A stretch of DNA of 64,000 nucleotides from an uncultured Chloroflexia bacterium (GTDB lineage: Bacteria; Chloroflexota; Limnocylindria; Limnocylindrales; CSP1-4), in assembly GCA_963713975.1 (NCBI GenBank), contig OY970218.1, forward strand, positions 1,728,001 to 1,792,000. Direction: 5' to 3'. Shown piece after piece: positions 38,333-47,969 of the stretch. The first letter of the stretch is position 1; each line of letters opens with the position of its first letter. The notes below the pieces were generated by a model. The model was not told where the DNA came from. It made no database searches and saw only the letters and a list, made by a program, of their open reading frames with translations. The position numbers were made by a program, and so were the translations under genes.

Positions 38333-41176
38333 TCATCCGCGCACCGTCGGTGGGTCGACCGGCGTGGGCTCGGACAGCGCGAGCTCCGAGGCGAGCTCCA
38401 GCCCCTCGACGGCCGTGGCGATCCGACCCGGGCCGGACCGCTTGGCAACGAGGCAGGCACGGTCCGCGGCCAGGAGGACCTCCTCGTCGCTGCTCCCGTC
38501 GGCCGGGAAGGACGCGGTCCCGATGGACGCCGACACCCGGACCTGCTCGGCGGCCCACACCGAGCCGTCCCTGCCCACGTTTGCGATCGAGCCCTGGATG
38601 CGCGCGGCGACCGCCTCGACGCCGACCGCGGTGCTCCTGGGCAGGAGCACTGTGAACTCGTCGCCGCCGTACCTGAACACCTCGTCGGTGTCACGGGCGG
38701 CCCCCCGGATCGCGGACGCGATCTCGCGCAGCATGCGGTCCCCCGCCTGGTGGCCCAGTCGGTCGTTGATCGCCTTGAAGCCGTCGAGATCGATCATCAC
38801 CACGCCGCATGGCTCCCCGGCCGTCACGGCCTGCGCCAGCCGGTCCTTGAACGTGCCGTGGTTGAGGAGGCCGGTGAGGTCGTCCGTGCGGGCTCGCCGC
38901 TCTGCGGCCTGGAAGGTGTCGGCATTGCGCAGCGCGATCGAGACCTGTGCCGCGAACAGCTGCACGAGCTCGAAGTCCTGCTCGTCGAACGGTGACGTCT
39001 CGCCCAGCCGCTCGAGGGTGAGCACGCCCACGGCGCCCACGGGTCCGAGCAGGGGCACGACGATCAGGCTGCCCTCGATGGCACCCGTCGACCGGAAGTG
39101 GTTGACGCGAGGGTCGCTCCGCTCGTCCGTCACGAGCACCGGCTCATTGTGCTCGACGACCCAGGTGGCGACGCCGGTCTCGCCAGGCTCCCACGGTGCG
39201 AGGAAGTACTCGGCGTGGACGCCGCGGGCCGTGAGCGGGCGAAGCAGGCCCGTCGGGCGCTCCACCACCTCGATGGCGATGTTGTCGCACCTGACGAGCG
39301 AGCCCAGCCGCTCGGTGATCTGCTCCAGCACCAACCCCTGGTCCAGGGTCGTGAGGATCGACTCAGTGATCCGGAGCAGCTCCCGCTGGGCCCGGATCTG
39401 GCGTTCGAGGGCGCCGGACTGATCGCGCAGGCGCGCCGTGGCGTCGGCGTTGGCCATCGCCTGCGCGGCGAACGAGGCGTAGATGACGAGCAGCCGCAGA
39501 TCGTCCTCGGTGAACTGGCGGAGGCCGTGCTTGACCAGGACGACCACCCCCAGGCAGGCCCCTTCGTGCACCATCGGTGCCAGGAGCATGGACTCATCCT
39601 GGTCTGGGTCCGAACCGGGGATCGTGACCCCGCGGCGGTCTCGGGCGGTGTCGTCCACCAGCTGGGCGACGCGGAACCGGGCAACCCAACCGGTGATCCC
39701 CTCGCCGACCGCCACGGTGAGGGACTCCGGGCTCTCAGCGCCATAGGTGCTGCCGTGGCCCTCGAACGCCACGGGCACGAGCCCGGTGTCGACCACGCGG
39801 TAGACGCGGGCGTTGTCGTAGGTGATCAGCTGGCGCAGCTCGGTGGCGATGGTGTTGCCGATCTCGTGCACGCTGGACATGCCGGACAGGCGTGAACCGA
39901 GATGCTGGATCGACTGGAGCTGCGTCGCCCATGCGGCCATCCGTCCGAAGGTCCGCGCCGACCGGATCGCGATCGCGGCGTCGCCGGCCAGGGCCTCCGC
40001 GGCGTCGAGGTCGGCGTCGCGCCAGCGTCGCGGCCCGTCATGGGCGAGGTAGAGCACGCCGTGCAGCTCGTGGCCGTCGACCAGGGGCACCACAAGGAGG
40101 CTGACCACGCCCTCCTGGACGGCCGCCGCCCGGACCGGGTTGGATGCGCGCCTCGCATCGGTCCCCAGGAGGGTGACCGGGCGACGCGCGGGAATCTCCT
40201 GCGGGTTCGGCCTCGCCCCCTCCAGGTCGCGCGCCATCTCGAGGAACGTCTCGGAGAAGCCGGACCCGCCCGGCGACGAGATCCGGCCATCCGCATCGCG
40301 CAGGATGACGGCGACGCGGTCCGCCCCGAACAGGACGCGGGCATGGTCGCTCAGGTCGCGCACCACGTCGGCAAGGTCCAGCCTGGACGTGAGGTCCGTG
40401 GCCACGCGCCGCAGAGCCTCCGACAGCCTCAGTCGTCCCACCGCCTGCTCGGCTGCGCCGGCTCCACGGACCAGCACGCTCAGGGTTCGGGCAATCGCCC
40501 GGGCGAGCCGACGGCCATCGTCAGGGCCCAGCTCCACCGCCCCAGCCAGGACCAGCACCCCCCACGGCACCTCGCCACCCGGGATCTGCACCACCAGCTC
40601 GTCCGTGCCCATGCCCAGCATCGGGGCGGCGGACGGGTCGCCCGGTCGGGCATGGACCGGCTCCTCGGTCTCGAGGGCCCTGGCGAACACCCCGCGACCC
40701 GGAGGGATGTTGCGGGTGGAGGTGATGCCCGCGCCCTCCACGTCTGCAGCCCTGGACACGAGACCGGCCGGCCGGCGTTCCCAGATCCCCACCAGCGCCG
40801 CTCCCGTGGCCAGCCGGATCCTCCGACACGCCTCGTCGAGGGCTGGATCGAGCCCGCTCGGGAAGGAGGCCAGCTCGGCGAGGTCCGCGAGGAGGTCGAA
40901 GCCGGCCGGTGTCTCGGTCAGGGTCGGCGGGTCGGCATCCCGCCTGCTCGCCCGGGGGCCGGCAGGCTCGGTCTGCGTGCCACGGCTTGGTGCCTCCGCC
41001 GCCGCCAGGAAGCGCTCGAGGTCGCCCAGGCGGTAGCGTCGGTCGCCCCGGTCGTTGATGCGGTAGAAGCGGAGCCGGCCCGCCTCGCTCCACGCGCGCA
41101 CGGTGTTCGGGTGGACGCCGAGCACCCTCGCCGCCCTGGTGACGGTGAGGGTGGCATCCCCGGGTCGGGGCGCCAT
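38333..41176 (-). CDS. Diguanylate cyclase: MerR/excisionase-type HTH + about four GAF domains + GGDEF
   Basis: TVTRAARVLGVHPNTVRAW..GRL...GDRRY; TDDLTGLLN, DLDGFKAIND, RDTD-EVFRY-GGDEF. Confidence 0.9.
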   Translation of the reverse strand: MAPRPGDATLTVTRAARVLGVHPNTVRAWSEAGRLRFYRINDRGDRRYRLGDLERFLAAAEAPSRGTQTEPAGPRASRRDADPPTLTETPAGFDLLADLAELASFPSGLDPALDEACRRIRLATGAALVGIWERRPAGLVSRAADVEGAGITSTRNIPPGRGVFARALETEEPVHARPGDPSAAPMLGMGTDELVVQIPGGEVPWGVLVLAGAVELGPDDGRRLARAIARTLSVLVRGAGAAEQAVGRLRLSEALRRVATDLTSRLDLADVVRDLSDHARVLFGADRVAVILRDADGRISSPGGSGFSETFLEMARDLEGARPNPQEIPARRPVTLLGTDARRASNPVRAAAVQEGVVSLLVVPLVDGHELHGVLYLAHDGPRRWRDADLDAAEALAGDAAIAIRSARTFGRMAAWATQLQSIQHLGSRLSGMSSVHEIGNTIATELRQLITYDNARVYRVVDTGLVPVAFEGHGSTYGAESPESLTVAVGEGITGWVARFRVAQLVDDTARDRRGVTIPGSDPDQDESMLLAPMVHEGACLGVVVLVKHGLRQFTEDDLRLLVIYASFAAQAMANADATARLRDQSGALERQIRAQRELLRITESILTTLDQGLVLEQITERLGSLVRCDNIAIEVVERPTGLLRPLTARGVHAEYFLAPWEPGETGVATWVVEHNEPVLVTDERSDPRVNHFRSTGAIEGSLIVVPLLGPVGAVGVLTLERLGETSPFDEQDFELVQLFAAQVSIALRNADTFQAAERRARTDDLTGLLNHGTFKDRLAQAVTAGEPCGVVMIDLDGFKAINDRLGHQAGDRMLREIASAIRGAARDTDEVFRYGGDEFTVLLPRSTAVGVEAVAARIQGSIANVGRDGSVWAAEQVRVSASIGTASFPADGSSDEEVLLAADRACLVAKRSGPGRIATAVEGLELASELALSEPTPVDPPTVRG

Positions 41177-41323
41177 GGCGCTGGTCGACGGACTGTGGGA
41201 TTTGGTAGGCATCGGCGTTGGCCGGAACTGTCCCAGAGTTCACAGTTGTTGCCAATAGGACCAACGGCCCATCCGACCGGACTGGGTTGGTGCGCACACG
41301 CTCCGGCCGGAGGTCCGAGTGCC

Positions 41324-41584
41324 TCAGGTCTCGCGCGATCCGCCCGTTGCCCGCACGTACAGCAGCGCGGCACCCAGCGCGACGACCCCGATCAGGACGA
41401 CCACGCCGATCGCGAACAGGGGATCGCCCACGAGCCCGGGACCCTGCCCGGAGCTGCGCGGGTCGCCGCCGGGCGCAGCGGACGGGGTTGGGGACGCCGC
41501 AAGCACCGTGGCCGTTGTCGCGAGCCAGGCGACGACGAGCCCGAGGGTGGTCGCCACGATCCTGGTACGCCTAGACCAGGGCAT
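41324..41584 (-). CDS. Small exported/membrane-anchored protein
   Basis: Signal-like N-terminus, GDPRSSGQGPG, C-terminal TM. Confidence 0.55.
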   Translation of the reverse strand: MPWSRRTRIVATTLGLVVAWLATTATVLAASPTPSAAPGGDPRSSGQGPGLVGDPLFAIGVVVLIGVVALGAALLYVRATGGSRET

Positions 41585-42314
41585 CGACCACCGCCCATGC
41601 GACGCCCGCCATGATGGCGGCGGTGCCGCCGCCGAGCAGCACCGAGATCGCACGCGTCGTGCCCCTGCGGCCGGCACCGAGCAGGCGCATCGCCTCCGCC
41701 GGCTCCAGGTTGGTGACCACCAGCGGCCGCCCCATGCCCGGCCGCATGATGGTGCCGCGCTCGGGGTCGACGGTCGGGACGCCGAGCACGCGCGCATGAT
41801 CGACGCTGGTCAGCAGCTCGATGCGCACTCGGGCTGGTGTTTCCGGCCGCGTGCCGGGAGGCACCCGGTCTGCGATCCCCTCGAGATCGGCCGCTGTCCC
41901 CACGGACTCCCGGCTGACCACGACCAGGCCATCGGCCAGGGCGTCCCCGTCCACGGCGATCCGGTCCAGTCCCTCGCTGATCCCGAACGGCGCGACCTTC
42001 CGCACGTCCTCGAACGACGTCCAGCGTCGGCCCGCGCGCAGCTCCAGGCGCGTGCGCCGGTAGACCAGTGGGCGCTGGTTCTCGTCCTCGAACTCCTCGG
42101 CGGAGTCCACGCGACCGGCGACCGCGACATATCGGATGTCACCCCGATCCGCGAGCTCCTTGGCACGGGAGACCGGGACCAGTGGCGTTGCGGCCAGGAT
42201 CTGCCCGATGCGCGCACCCGGGCCCATCCGCCGCAGGAGGACCCAGCCCGCCGCGAGCGCAACGAACCCGGCGACGACGAGGGCGAGGGGGATCACGGGG
42301 CGATGATCGCACAC
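41571..42314 (-). CDS. Hypothetical membrane protein
   Basis: N- and C-terminal TM helices; true start may be GTG near 42296. Confidence 0.65.
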   Translation of the reverse strand: MCDHRPVIPLALVVAGFVALAAGWVLLRRMGPGARIGQILAATPLVPVSRAKELADRGDIRYVAVAGRVDSAEEFEDENQRPLVYRRTRLELRAGRRWTSFEDVRKVAPFGISEGLDRIAVDGDALADGLVVVSRESVGTAADLEGIADRVPPGTRPETPARVRIELLTSVDHARVLGVPTVDPERGTIMRPGMGRPLVVTNLEPAEAMRLLGAGRRGTTRAISVLLGGGTAAIMAGVAWAVVDALV

Positions 42315-42572
42315 ACGGGCGACCCGCCCGCTCGTCGGCCAGGCCGGGAATCAACGGCGCCGGCCGGGAATCAATTGCCCGAAGGAACCTACTCGACGCA
42401 TGGACCTTGATGTCATCGCGGCCGTTAGCATCGCTCAGCCCCTTCGGGCTCGATCAACGCTACGGGGTCGACGGGACGAGGTCAACGCACTTATCCACCC
42501 CGCACCGGGCAATCGGTCGCGAGTTGTGCACCATCCGTCCACGGGCGCCGTGCGCGACGTCTCCGGACCCGG

Positions 42573-43145
42573 TCAGCCCACCCCGCGACCGGTCGCCGGA
42601 TCCAGGGCCCTGACCTCGCCCGAGAAGCTCGTCAGCACCAGGCTGCCGCCCACCAGCTCAGCGTCGGTGACGACATCGGACTGGGCGACCCGCCAGGCGA
42701 CCTCGCCGTCGGGCCGCACGGCGAAGGTCTCGATCTCGGCCTGGACGAGCACGTGGGGCAGGCGAGAGGAGCCCAGGATCACCGCGATGGGGGAAGCCGA
42801 CCGATGGGTCCAGCGGAGCTCGCCCGAGCGGGCCTCGAAGGCGTAGGCGTGGAAGCCGTACTTGAGGACCAGGAGCCCCTCCGTGTCCCACAGGAGGCCC
42901 GCCGGCGCATCGTGGATGAGCGACGCCAGCCGCACCGTCCACGGTCCCGACGGGGTTTCCACCCGGACCTCAGCGCGACAGCGGCGGTCCGGCTCGGAGC
43001 CGGTCAGCTCGCCCAGGTCCACGAGCGGGCCGCCGGCCTCGGTCAGCGCGAACACGGCATCGGCCTCACCACTGCCCGCCCAGCGGATGGCAGCGCGGAT
43101 GCCGCCGGGGAACGCGATGACGGCGTGGCGAGGCTCTGCCGGCAC
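42573..43145 (-). CDS. Hypothetical protein with PQQ-like beta repeats
   Basis: AFEARSGELRW, ALDPATG. Confidence 0.6.
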   Translation of the reverse strand: MPAEPRHAVIAFPGGIRAAIRWAGSGEADAVFALTEAGGPLVDLGELTGSEPDRRCRAEVRVETPSGPWTVRLASLIHDAPAGLLWDTEGLLVLKYGFHAYAFEARSGELRWTHRSASPIAVILGSSRLPHVLVQAEIETFAVRPDGEVAWRVAQSDVVTDAELVGGSLVLTSFSGEVRALDPATGRGVG

Positions 43146-43155
43146 GTCGCGGGCC

Positions 43156-43731
43156 CTAGGAGGCGGGGTCGGACGGCGGGACCGGCGATGCGCTGAGGCC
43201 AGCGTCCTCCGCCAGCACGTCGGCCTGGCGGCGCTCCTCGCAGATCGGCGCGACATGTGCGTTGGACAGCATCCGCAGGGTCGCCGGCGGTACCGGGAAC
43301 ACCGCCGTCGGGGTTCCGGCGGCGGCCCAGACCACCTGGAACCGGCCGAGGTCGGGGTCCATGACCACGCGGACCGGACGCCCGTGGCCGATGGGCGGGA
43401 TCCCGCCGATGGTGAACCCCGTGAGCTCGCGGGCCTCGGTCGCCGTGGCTCTCCGCACGTCAGGCTCGCCGGTCACGGCGGCAAGCCGGGCGAGATCCAC
43501 CCGATTGGGACCGGACACCAGGCACAGGACCGGCTCGAGGGCGCCTTCGCCCGCCGGCGCCACGAAGACCAGCGACTTCACGATCTGGCCCAGCTCCGCA
43601 CCGACGGCCGCCGCGGCCTCCTCGGCGGTGTGCGTGGACTCGGAGAAGACGTGGACATCGAGCTCGACGCCCTTGCGCGCCGCCGCGTCGATGACCCGCT
43701 GGGTCGGGGAGGGGGAGAGCGTCTCGGACAC
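43156..43731 (-). CDS. YbaK/EbsC-family aminoacyl-tRNA deacylase
   Basis: THTAEEAA, QIVKSLVF, TGFTIGGIPP, WAAAGTP. Confidence 0.9.
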   Translation of the reverse strand: MSETLSPSPTQRVIDAAARKGVELDVHVFSESTHTAEEAAAAVGAELGQIVKSLVFVAPAGEGALEPVLCLVSGPNRVDLARLAAVTGEPDVRRATATEARELTGFTIGGIPPIGHGRPVRVVMDPDLGRFQVVWAAAGTPTAVFPVPPATLRMLSNAHVAPICEERRQADVLAEDAGLSASPVPPSDPAS

Positions 43732-43793
43732 GGCGAAGAGGATACCTTGCGGGCGCCGCCCGCCGGACCGTGGAGGCGGGTACGATCGCGGCG

Positions 43794-44540
43794 ATGCCAG
43801 ATCCCCGCGACCACCACTCGGAGCCTCCCGCGGCATCCCGGCACATCGTCGTCGTGGCCGACGGCGACGTGCCTTCGCGCGTGGCGCTCGATGCGGCGTG
43901 GCCGGGCTGGGCGGACGGCATCGCGCTCGTCATCGCCGCCGACGGCGGGCTCCCACGGGCCCGGCGCCTGGGCCTTGTCCCCGAGGTCTTGGTGGGCGAC
44001 CTGGACTCGCTCGACCCCGTCCTTGCCGCCGAGGCGGCCGCCGCCGGGATCGCCGTGGTCCGGGCACCCGCGGACAAGGACGAGTCGGACACAGAGCTCG
44101 CGCTGCTGGAGGCGGTCCGCCGAGGGGCGACCCGGGTCACGCTGCTGGGCGCCTTCGGGGGGTCGCGCGTGGATCACGCGCTGGCGAACCTCTGGCTCCT
44201 GGCGCACCCGGGCCTCGTGGGGGTGGACCTTGTCCTGCTCGACGATCGGACGCGGGCGTGGCTGATCACGGCCCCCGCGCCGGGCGGTGGGCCTGCCGTC
44301 CATCCGCTGCCCGGACCCATCGGGGCCACGGTCTCCCTGCTGCCCCATGGCGGCGACGTGAGCGGGATCACGACCACTGGCCTGCGCTACCCGCTGCGTG
44401 ACGAGCCCCTTGTCGTGGGGCCCGCTCGAGGGTTGTCCAACGTGCGCATCGCGCCGGACGCGGGCATCACCGTGCGGGCCGGGCGCCTCCTGGTCGTCGA
44501 GACGGCCTTCGCCCCGGCGGGGCTATCCTCCGGGGCATGA
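43794..44540 (+). CDS. thiN: Thiamine diphosphokinase
   Basis: IAADGG, VGDLDS, DKDESDTELA, GSRVDHALAN, GLRYPL, GLSN. Confidence 0.92.
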   Translation: MPDPRDHHSEPPAASRHIVVVADGDVPSRVALDAAWPGWADGIALVIAADGGLPRARRLGLVPEVLVGDLDSLDPVLAAEAAAAGIAVVRAPADKDESDTELALLEAVRRGATRVTLLGAFGGSRVDHALANLWLLAHPGLVGVDLVLLDDRTRAWLITAPAPGGGPAVHPLPGPIGATVSLLPHGGDVSGITTTGLRYPLRDEPLVVGPARGLSNVRIAPDAGITVRAGRLLVVETAFAPAGLSSGA

Positions 44541-45022
44541 GCATGCCGCAGGCCGGCGACCAGGCCCCCGAGGTCGCGCTACCCGACGAGCAGGGCCGAA
44601 CCCACACGCTCTCGGACCGCCGGGGCTCGTGGACGGTCGTCTACTTCTATCCCAAGGACGACACGCCGGGCTGCACCACCGAGGCCTGCGGGTTCCGGGA
44701 CGTGGATGCCGAGATCGCCGGCCTCGACGCGGAGGTCTGGGGCATCAGCCCGGACGGTGCCGGCAGCCACGCCGCGTTCCGGGCCCGGTACGGCCTCCCG
44801 TTCACGCTGCTGTCCGACGAGGACCACGCGGTCGCCGAGGCGTTCGGGGCCTGGGGCGAGAAGGTGAACTACGGCAGGACCTACATGGGGATCATCCGGT
44901 CGAGCTTCCTGATCGACCCGGAGGGACGTATCGTGCGAGCCTGGCCGCGAGTCCAGGCAGACGGCCACGCGGGTCAGGTCCTCGACGCGCTGCGTGCTGC
45001 CCGGGAGGCCGGCGGCGCCTGA
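44537..45022 (+). CDS. bcp: Thioredoxin-dependent peroxiredoxin BCP
   Basis: YFYPKDDTPGCTTEAC. Confidence 0.95.
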   Translation: MSMPQAGDQAPEVALPDEQGRTHTLSDRRGSWTVVYFYPKDDTPGCTTEACGFRDVDAEIAGLDAEVWGISPDGAGSHAAFRARYGLPFTLLSDEDHAVAEAFGAWGEKVNYGRTYMGIIRSSFLIDPEGRIVRAWPRVQADGHAGQVLDALRAAREAGGA

Positions 45023-45168
45023 TCGCGGGCACGAAAAGACCTCGCCCGTGGGGGGAGACGAGCGAGGTCTCGACGGGCAATCTAGCACAACGCATCGACC
45101 GGCAGCGTGCGACGCGGGCCCCCGTGGGAGCGCGACACGACACCAGTCCAGCGCAGAGGTAGCAGAGC

Positions 45169-45933
45169 ATGGCGGACACGGCGCCCAGGACGGCAGACTC
45201 ATGGCGGCCGCAGCGGTTCATGGTCATCGTCGCGCACCCGGACGACGCCGACTTCGGACCCGCGGCGACGGCGGCGCGCTGGATCGACCAGGGCTCCGAG
45301 GGGTGGCTGGTGTGCTGCACCAGCGGCGATGCGGGCGCCGACGACTGGCAGACCGACCCGATCGAGCTGGCCACCGTCCGTGAGGCCGAGCAGCGGGTCG
45401 CCGCGGCGGTCGTCGGCTACGCAGGCATCTCGTTCCTGCACCAGCCGGATGGGGCCCTGGCCAATGACCTGGCGCTCCGGGAGCACCTCGTACGCGAGAT
45501 CCGGACCTTCCGCCCGGACGCGGTGCTTGCCGTGGATCCGGAGACCCTGTTCTACTCGGACGGCGGGGTGAACCATGCGGACCACCGCGAGGCAGGCATG
45601 GCGGCCGTGGACGCCGTCTACCCCGCCGCACGCAACGCGATGGCCTTCCCGTGGCTGGCCCGCGACGGACTGGCACCCCACATCGTGCGGCGGTTGTACC
45701 TGTTCTGGTCGAACCATCCGTCGGCATGGATCGACGTCACGGCCACCATCGGGCGCAAACTCGACGCCCTGCGTGCCCATCCAAGCCAGATCCGTGAGCC
45801 CGAGGCGCTGGAGCCACGCATCCGGGAGTGGGCCCGGGACGAGGGCGCGTCGATCGGCACGGAGGCCGCCGAGGCGTTCCGCGTGATCGTGATCGAGGAG
45901 GACGCCGAGGAGGAGGAGGCCCGACCGGCGTGA
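45169..45933 (+). CDS. PIG-L/LmbE-family deacetylase
   Basis: AHPDDAD, TSGDAG, REAEQ, NHADH, HPSQ. Confidence 0.92.
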   Translation: MADTAPRTADSWRPQRFMVIVAHPDDADFGPAATAARWIDQGSEGWLVCCTSGDAGADDWQTDPIELATVREAEQRVAAAVVGYAGISFLHQPDGALANDLALREHLVREIRTFRPDAVLAVDPETLFYSDGGVNHADHREAGMAAVDAVYPAARNAMAFPWLARDGLAPHIVRRLYLFWSNHPSAWIDVTATIGRKLDALRAHPSQIREPEALEPRIREWARDEGASIGTEAAEAFRVIVIEEDAEEEEARPA

Positions 45934-45960
45934 GGCCGCCCGGCGGTGGCCGGGGGTTGG

Positions 45961-47688
45961 TCAGGGTGCCAGCAGCGCCGGTCGCATCCGGCCCCAGGCG
46001 TTCCAGACGTCCGCGAGGTCCGTCGCCCGTCCGCCGAGCGCGTCCACCATCCGCCCGAGCGACAGGTCGCCCGCCTGGTCGGCGAGCCACTCGTCGGCGG
46101 CCACGACGGCTCCCGCATAGAGGGCGGCGATATCCGAGTCCCGCGGCCAGGTCCGGATGCGCATCCGGTCCAGGCCCGCGTAGCCCACGGCGAGCGACAG
46201 ATCGCGAGGTGCGGGCACCCTCTCGTCCGCGAATCCGCCCAGGCCGTCGAAGCGGAACCCGAGCGCGGACAGGGCCTTCACGATGTCGCGGCTCTCGGTG
46301 TGGCCGAACAGGTGCCAGAAGGGGTCGTCATCCGGGAGGTCCAGGTAGCCGTCCTCGATGGCCCGGGCGACGATGGCGTCCACGAGACGTGCAAGGTGCA
46401 TCTGCCACTCGTGCTCGGCCCCTGGGTCGCCGGCGGCAAGGACCGCGACCACCTGGTCACGCGCAGCGCGGTCACCGCCAAGGATGCGCACGATGACCGG
46501 CAGCCCGGTGAGGCGGTCCCAGGGCGATCCCTCGTCGGCAGGTCCAGGCATCTCGGGCTGCTCGAGTGGCCAGGCCTTCTCGAACGGGTGGGGGTCCTCG
46601 GGCGGCGGGGGGATCGGCATCCGTGCGCGAGCCTGCTCCTCATCGCAGCCCGCCAGCCCTTCACGCGCCGCGTGGCATCGCTCCTCGGAGTTCTCGGCCG
46701 AGATCCGGGCCGCATTCGCCTCCGCTTCGAGACGGTCAAGGGCAGGGAGCTGGGACCGCATCTCGGCGTTGCCCGCATCAAGGATCCGGAGCGCCTCGCG
46801 GACCGCCGCGTTGAGCTTGTTGATCTCCGCCAGCCAGGCGCGCGCCGCGGCCTCGGTCTCCTCCGAGGTTCCGGCATGGTCGCTCGCGGCCCGGAACTCC
46901 GCGTGGAGTCGCTCCTTGGCTGTCGCGACCTGGCGGGGATCGGCCTGGGCACCGGCCCGTTCCACCTTCTCCCGCAGGACGTCGTAGGCGCGCTGCGCAT
47001 CGCGCAGGGTGTCGGCAGCGCGCCGTGCCTGCTCGCGGGCCAGCTGTGCGAGCGCACAGCGCTCATCGACGATCCGTCGGGCGCCGGCGCAGGGATCGGT
47101 CTGGCCCTCCGCCACGGGCTGGGTGGCGGACGGTTCAGGGATCACCGCCGCAGGTTGCGGGTCGCCCGCCGGATCGGACGCCGCACGGGGCTCGACCCCA
47201 CGTGGAGCCCCTGGCCCGACCGCGACCACCTCGGCAGCGAGCACCGTACGGGCCATGGCCACCGGCGGACGGGGGCGTGCGAGGGTCGTGAAGCCGTCGT
47301 CACACCCGGGTGGCGGAAGCCCGACCAGTACAGCCGGCCGTGGGGCCACGATCGTTGCGGCTAGAACGCGCGTTCCAGCCAGGTGGACCGTGGACAGTTC
47401 TCCGGCGGGGGGCATGGGGGCGTTCGGCGCCGCTGTTGGTCGCATCCCTTGGGGGGCTTCGTCGAGGCCTACCGCGACCGGGGAACCCGGGATCGGTCCC
47501 GGATACGCGGCCCCGACGGGAACGGCGAGCGTGTGGGCGCGCCGGGGAGGTATCGCGTTCGGGGTGATCGTGACGCGGACCTCACTGCGCTGGGGTGACC
47601 GGTGACGCGCGAACAGCGCGAGCGCGGCACCTACCGCCGTGCCCAGCACGATGCCCAGGGCCAGTAGCGGGATCTCGGAGGGGCTCAC
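45961..47688 (-). CDS. Hypothetical membrane-anchored coiled-coil protein
   Basis: N-terminal TM, Pro-rich linker, helical region; start approximate. Confidence 0.65.
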   Translation of the reverse strand: MSPSEIPLLALGIVLGTAVGAALALFARHRSPQRSEVRVTITPNAIPPRRAHTLAVPVGAAYPGPIPGSPVAVGLDEAPQGMRPTAAPNAPMPPAGELSTVHLAGTRVLAATIVAPRPAVLVGLPPPGCDDGFTTLARPRPPVAMARTVLAAEVVAVGPGAPRGVEPRAASDPAGDPQPAAVIPEPSATQPVAEGQTDPCAGARRIVDERCALAQLAREQARRAADTLRDAQRAYDVLREKVERAGAQADPRQVATAKERLHAEFRAASDHAGTSEETEAAARAWLAEINKLNAAVREALRILDAGNAEMRSQLPALDRLEAEANAARISAENSEERCHAAREGLAGCDEEQARARMPIPPPPEDPHPFEKAWPLEQPEMPGPADEGSPWDRLTGLPVIVRILGGDRAARDQVVAVLAAGDPGAEHEWQMHLARLVDAIVARAIEDGYLDLPDDDPFWHLFGHTESRDIVKALSALGFRFDGLGGFADERVPAPRDLSLAVGYAGLDRMRIRTWPRDSDIAALYAGAVVAADEWLADQAGDLSLGRMVDALGGRATDLADVWNAWGRMRPALLAP

Positions 47689-47969
47689 GACTCTCCTGTG
47701 CCTGGCCCGCGCTCGGTTCGTCGGGCCGACGCCAGCGTCAGCTGCGCCCCCCGGCGACGTCAACCTCGCGCGCGCACGTTGGCGCGCGCTTCGTTCGTAC
47801 CCGCCTGATGGGCCTGGCCTGGCCCACTGGACGGTCCGAAACGTGCCCAATGGCCCCCCACGCTATGCACGGCTCCTCCCGGCTTGGTAATCTCCCCCGG
47901 ACCGGCGGCGTTCCCGCCGTGGTTTCCGTCGCCCTGCCTCGCTCACCGCAGGAAAGGCACGACTGCTTC

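Noticed and set aside
42300-42570. Intergenic region with GCCGGGAATCAA x2 and one DnaA-box-like TTATCCACC
   Set aside because: A single imperfect box and no recognisable RNA family; insufficient support
45033-45072. Hairpin GACCTCGC...GCGAGGTC after bcp
   Set aside because: Long loop and no U-tract on the coding strand; terminator call not supportable
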